DNA of 64,000 bases from a virus. Below are positions 63,840 through 64,000 of this stretch, piece after piece (the stretch's first letter is position 1; every line of letters begins with the position of its first letter). Under the pieces are notes generated by a model, which saw nothing but the letters and a program-made list of their open reading frames with translations, did not search any database and was not told where the DNA came from. The DNA is taken from IMG/VR virus record IMGVR_UViG_3300035698_015907. The stretch is one strand, 5' to 3'. The translations under genes and the position numbers were made by a program.

Positions 63840-64000
63840 TTGTAAATCTTCTGTCTCCAGAACACCTTGCGATATGCGCCATGAATGAAATGATCAAACA
63901 GAGATTTCTTTTTCTCTTCAAGAACGATATCACTAGACCAAGTTTCTCTCTTAAATGGGAATACACACATCAATGTATTCCCCGGCATAATTTCTACTTC
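63836..64000 (-). CDS. 3' end of a hypothetical protein (truncated by the window)
   Basis: ...GNTLMCVFPFKRETWSS...GAYRKVFWRQKIYK*, ATGA overlap with the next gene. Confidence 0.65.
   Translation of the reverse strand, partial: EVEIMPGNTLMCVFPFKRETWSSDIVLEEKKKSLFDHFIHGAYRKVFWRQKIYK

Noticed and set aside
1-64000. tRNA, rRNA, integrase or transposase genes
   Set aside because: None recognised by eye; tRNAscan-SE/Infernal would be needed to exclude tRNAs formally

Overview
A 64-kb, AT-rich segment of a T4-like myovirus genome; the host cannot be established from this window. Positions 1-8.1 kb (+ strand) are an accessory early region: a tandem array of sigma70-like promoter/RBS cassettes, a non-coding repeat/hairpin block, and many small hypothetical genes, several of them frameshifted. 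From 8.2 kb onward nearly everything is on the - strand. First comes a replication/recombination/nucleotide module (thyX, gp41, uvsX, gp43, regA, gp62/44/45, gp46/47, gp55, uvsW, uvsY). It encloses a DNA-modification cluster: dCMP hydroxymethylase gp42, dCMP deaminase, MazG-like NTP-PPase, two candidate glycosyltransferases, an FAD oxidoreductase, an NAD epimerase, an atypical C5-MTase, an amino-MTase and a broken ATP-grasp gene. The head/tail module follows (gp3, gp23, 22, 21, candidate internal proteins, gp20, 19, 18, 17, 16, 15, 14, 13, repeat/fibre proteins). The standout observation is in the large terminase. It carries a 340-aa intein whose homing endonuclease is not in frame: a separate HNH-NUMOD3 gene is overprinted in the +1 frame inside the intein, with its Shine-Dalgarno, ATG and TAA built from intein codons, while the intein frame stays open across it. 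Other leads are a truncated capsid-protein paralog among the recombination genes, probable gp21-processed internal polyproteins, and an orphan promoter driving a hairpin-rich transcript next to uvsY. All family calls come from motif recognition by eye; no searches were run.
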